Shown here: piece by piece, positions 21,386 to 22,092 of the stretch
Layout: each line of letters starts with the position of its first letter
How positions within the stretch are numbered: position 1 is the first letter of the stretch
From: Chiloscyllium plagiosum
Lineage: Eukaryota
DNA: 22,092 nt
Direction: 5' to 3'
NCBI RefSeq assembly: GCF_004010195.1
Contig: NC_057719.1
Span: forward strand, 47,448,814-47,470,905
The notes under the pieces: generated by a model
The model's input: the letters and a program-made list of their open reading frames with translations, nothing else
Told to the model about the DNA's origin: nothing
The model's database searches: none
Made by a program: the position numbers and the translations under genes

Positions 21386-21516
21386 TGTGTTGCCCCTCAT
21401 AATTTTATACATCTCAATCATGCCTCCCTTCACTGCTGTAAGGAAAACATCTCCAGTCTCTCCAGTCTCTCTCCATGCTTTGGCTGGAGAGTTTCAGTTA
21501 ACATCCTAGTAAATCT
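21386..21516 (-). mobile_element. Short CR1 ORF2 C-terminal fragment
   Basis: The reverse complement gives RFTRML...ERLERLEMFSL...MIEMYKIMRG, the typical CR1 C-terminal motif. Confidence 0.7.
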
Positions 21517-21517
21517 G

Positions 21518-22092
<575 letters not shown>

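Overview
This is eukaryotic, transposon-saturated DNA, most likely from a shark or other cartilaginous fish, inferred from HE1-like tRNA-derived V-SINEs and HER1-like CR1 LINEs. I find no intact protein-coding gene. The recognisable ORFs in the track are decayed pieces of non-LTR retrotransposon ORF1 (zinc finger/leucine zipper plus SGNH esterase) or ORF2 (APE endonuclease plus reverse transcriptase), or antisense/SINE read-throughs. The main contents are a near full-length but dead HER1-like CR1 (about 9.2-13.7 kb, with two assembly gaps), a three-level nested CR1/CR1/SINE stack (3.46-9.19 kb), three fragments of a second non-LTR family, L2 remnants, two SINEs and a terminal perfect (TCTG)n tract of at least 551 bp. 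The most interesting item is a ~200-bp Penelope-like hairpin insertion at 14551-14754, with a degenerate 16-bp target-site duplication, whose two arms each carry a vestigial minimal hammerhead-ribozyme motif. Family names come from recalled consensus and motif knowledge, not database searches, and most boundaries are approximate. I do not see convincing evidence of a wholly new biological system.
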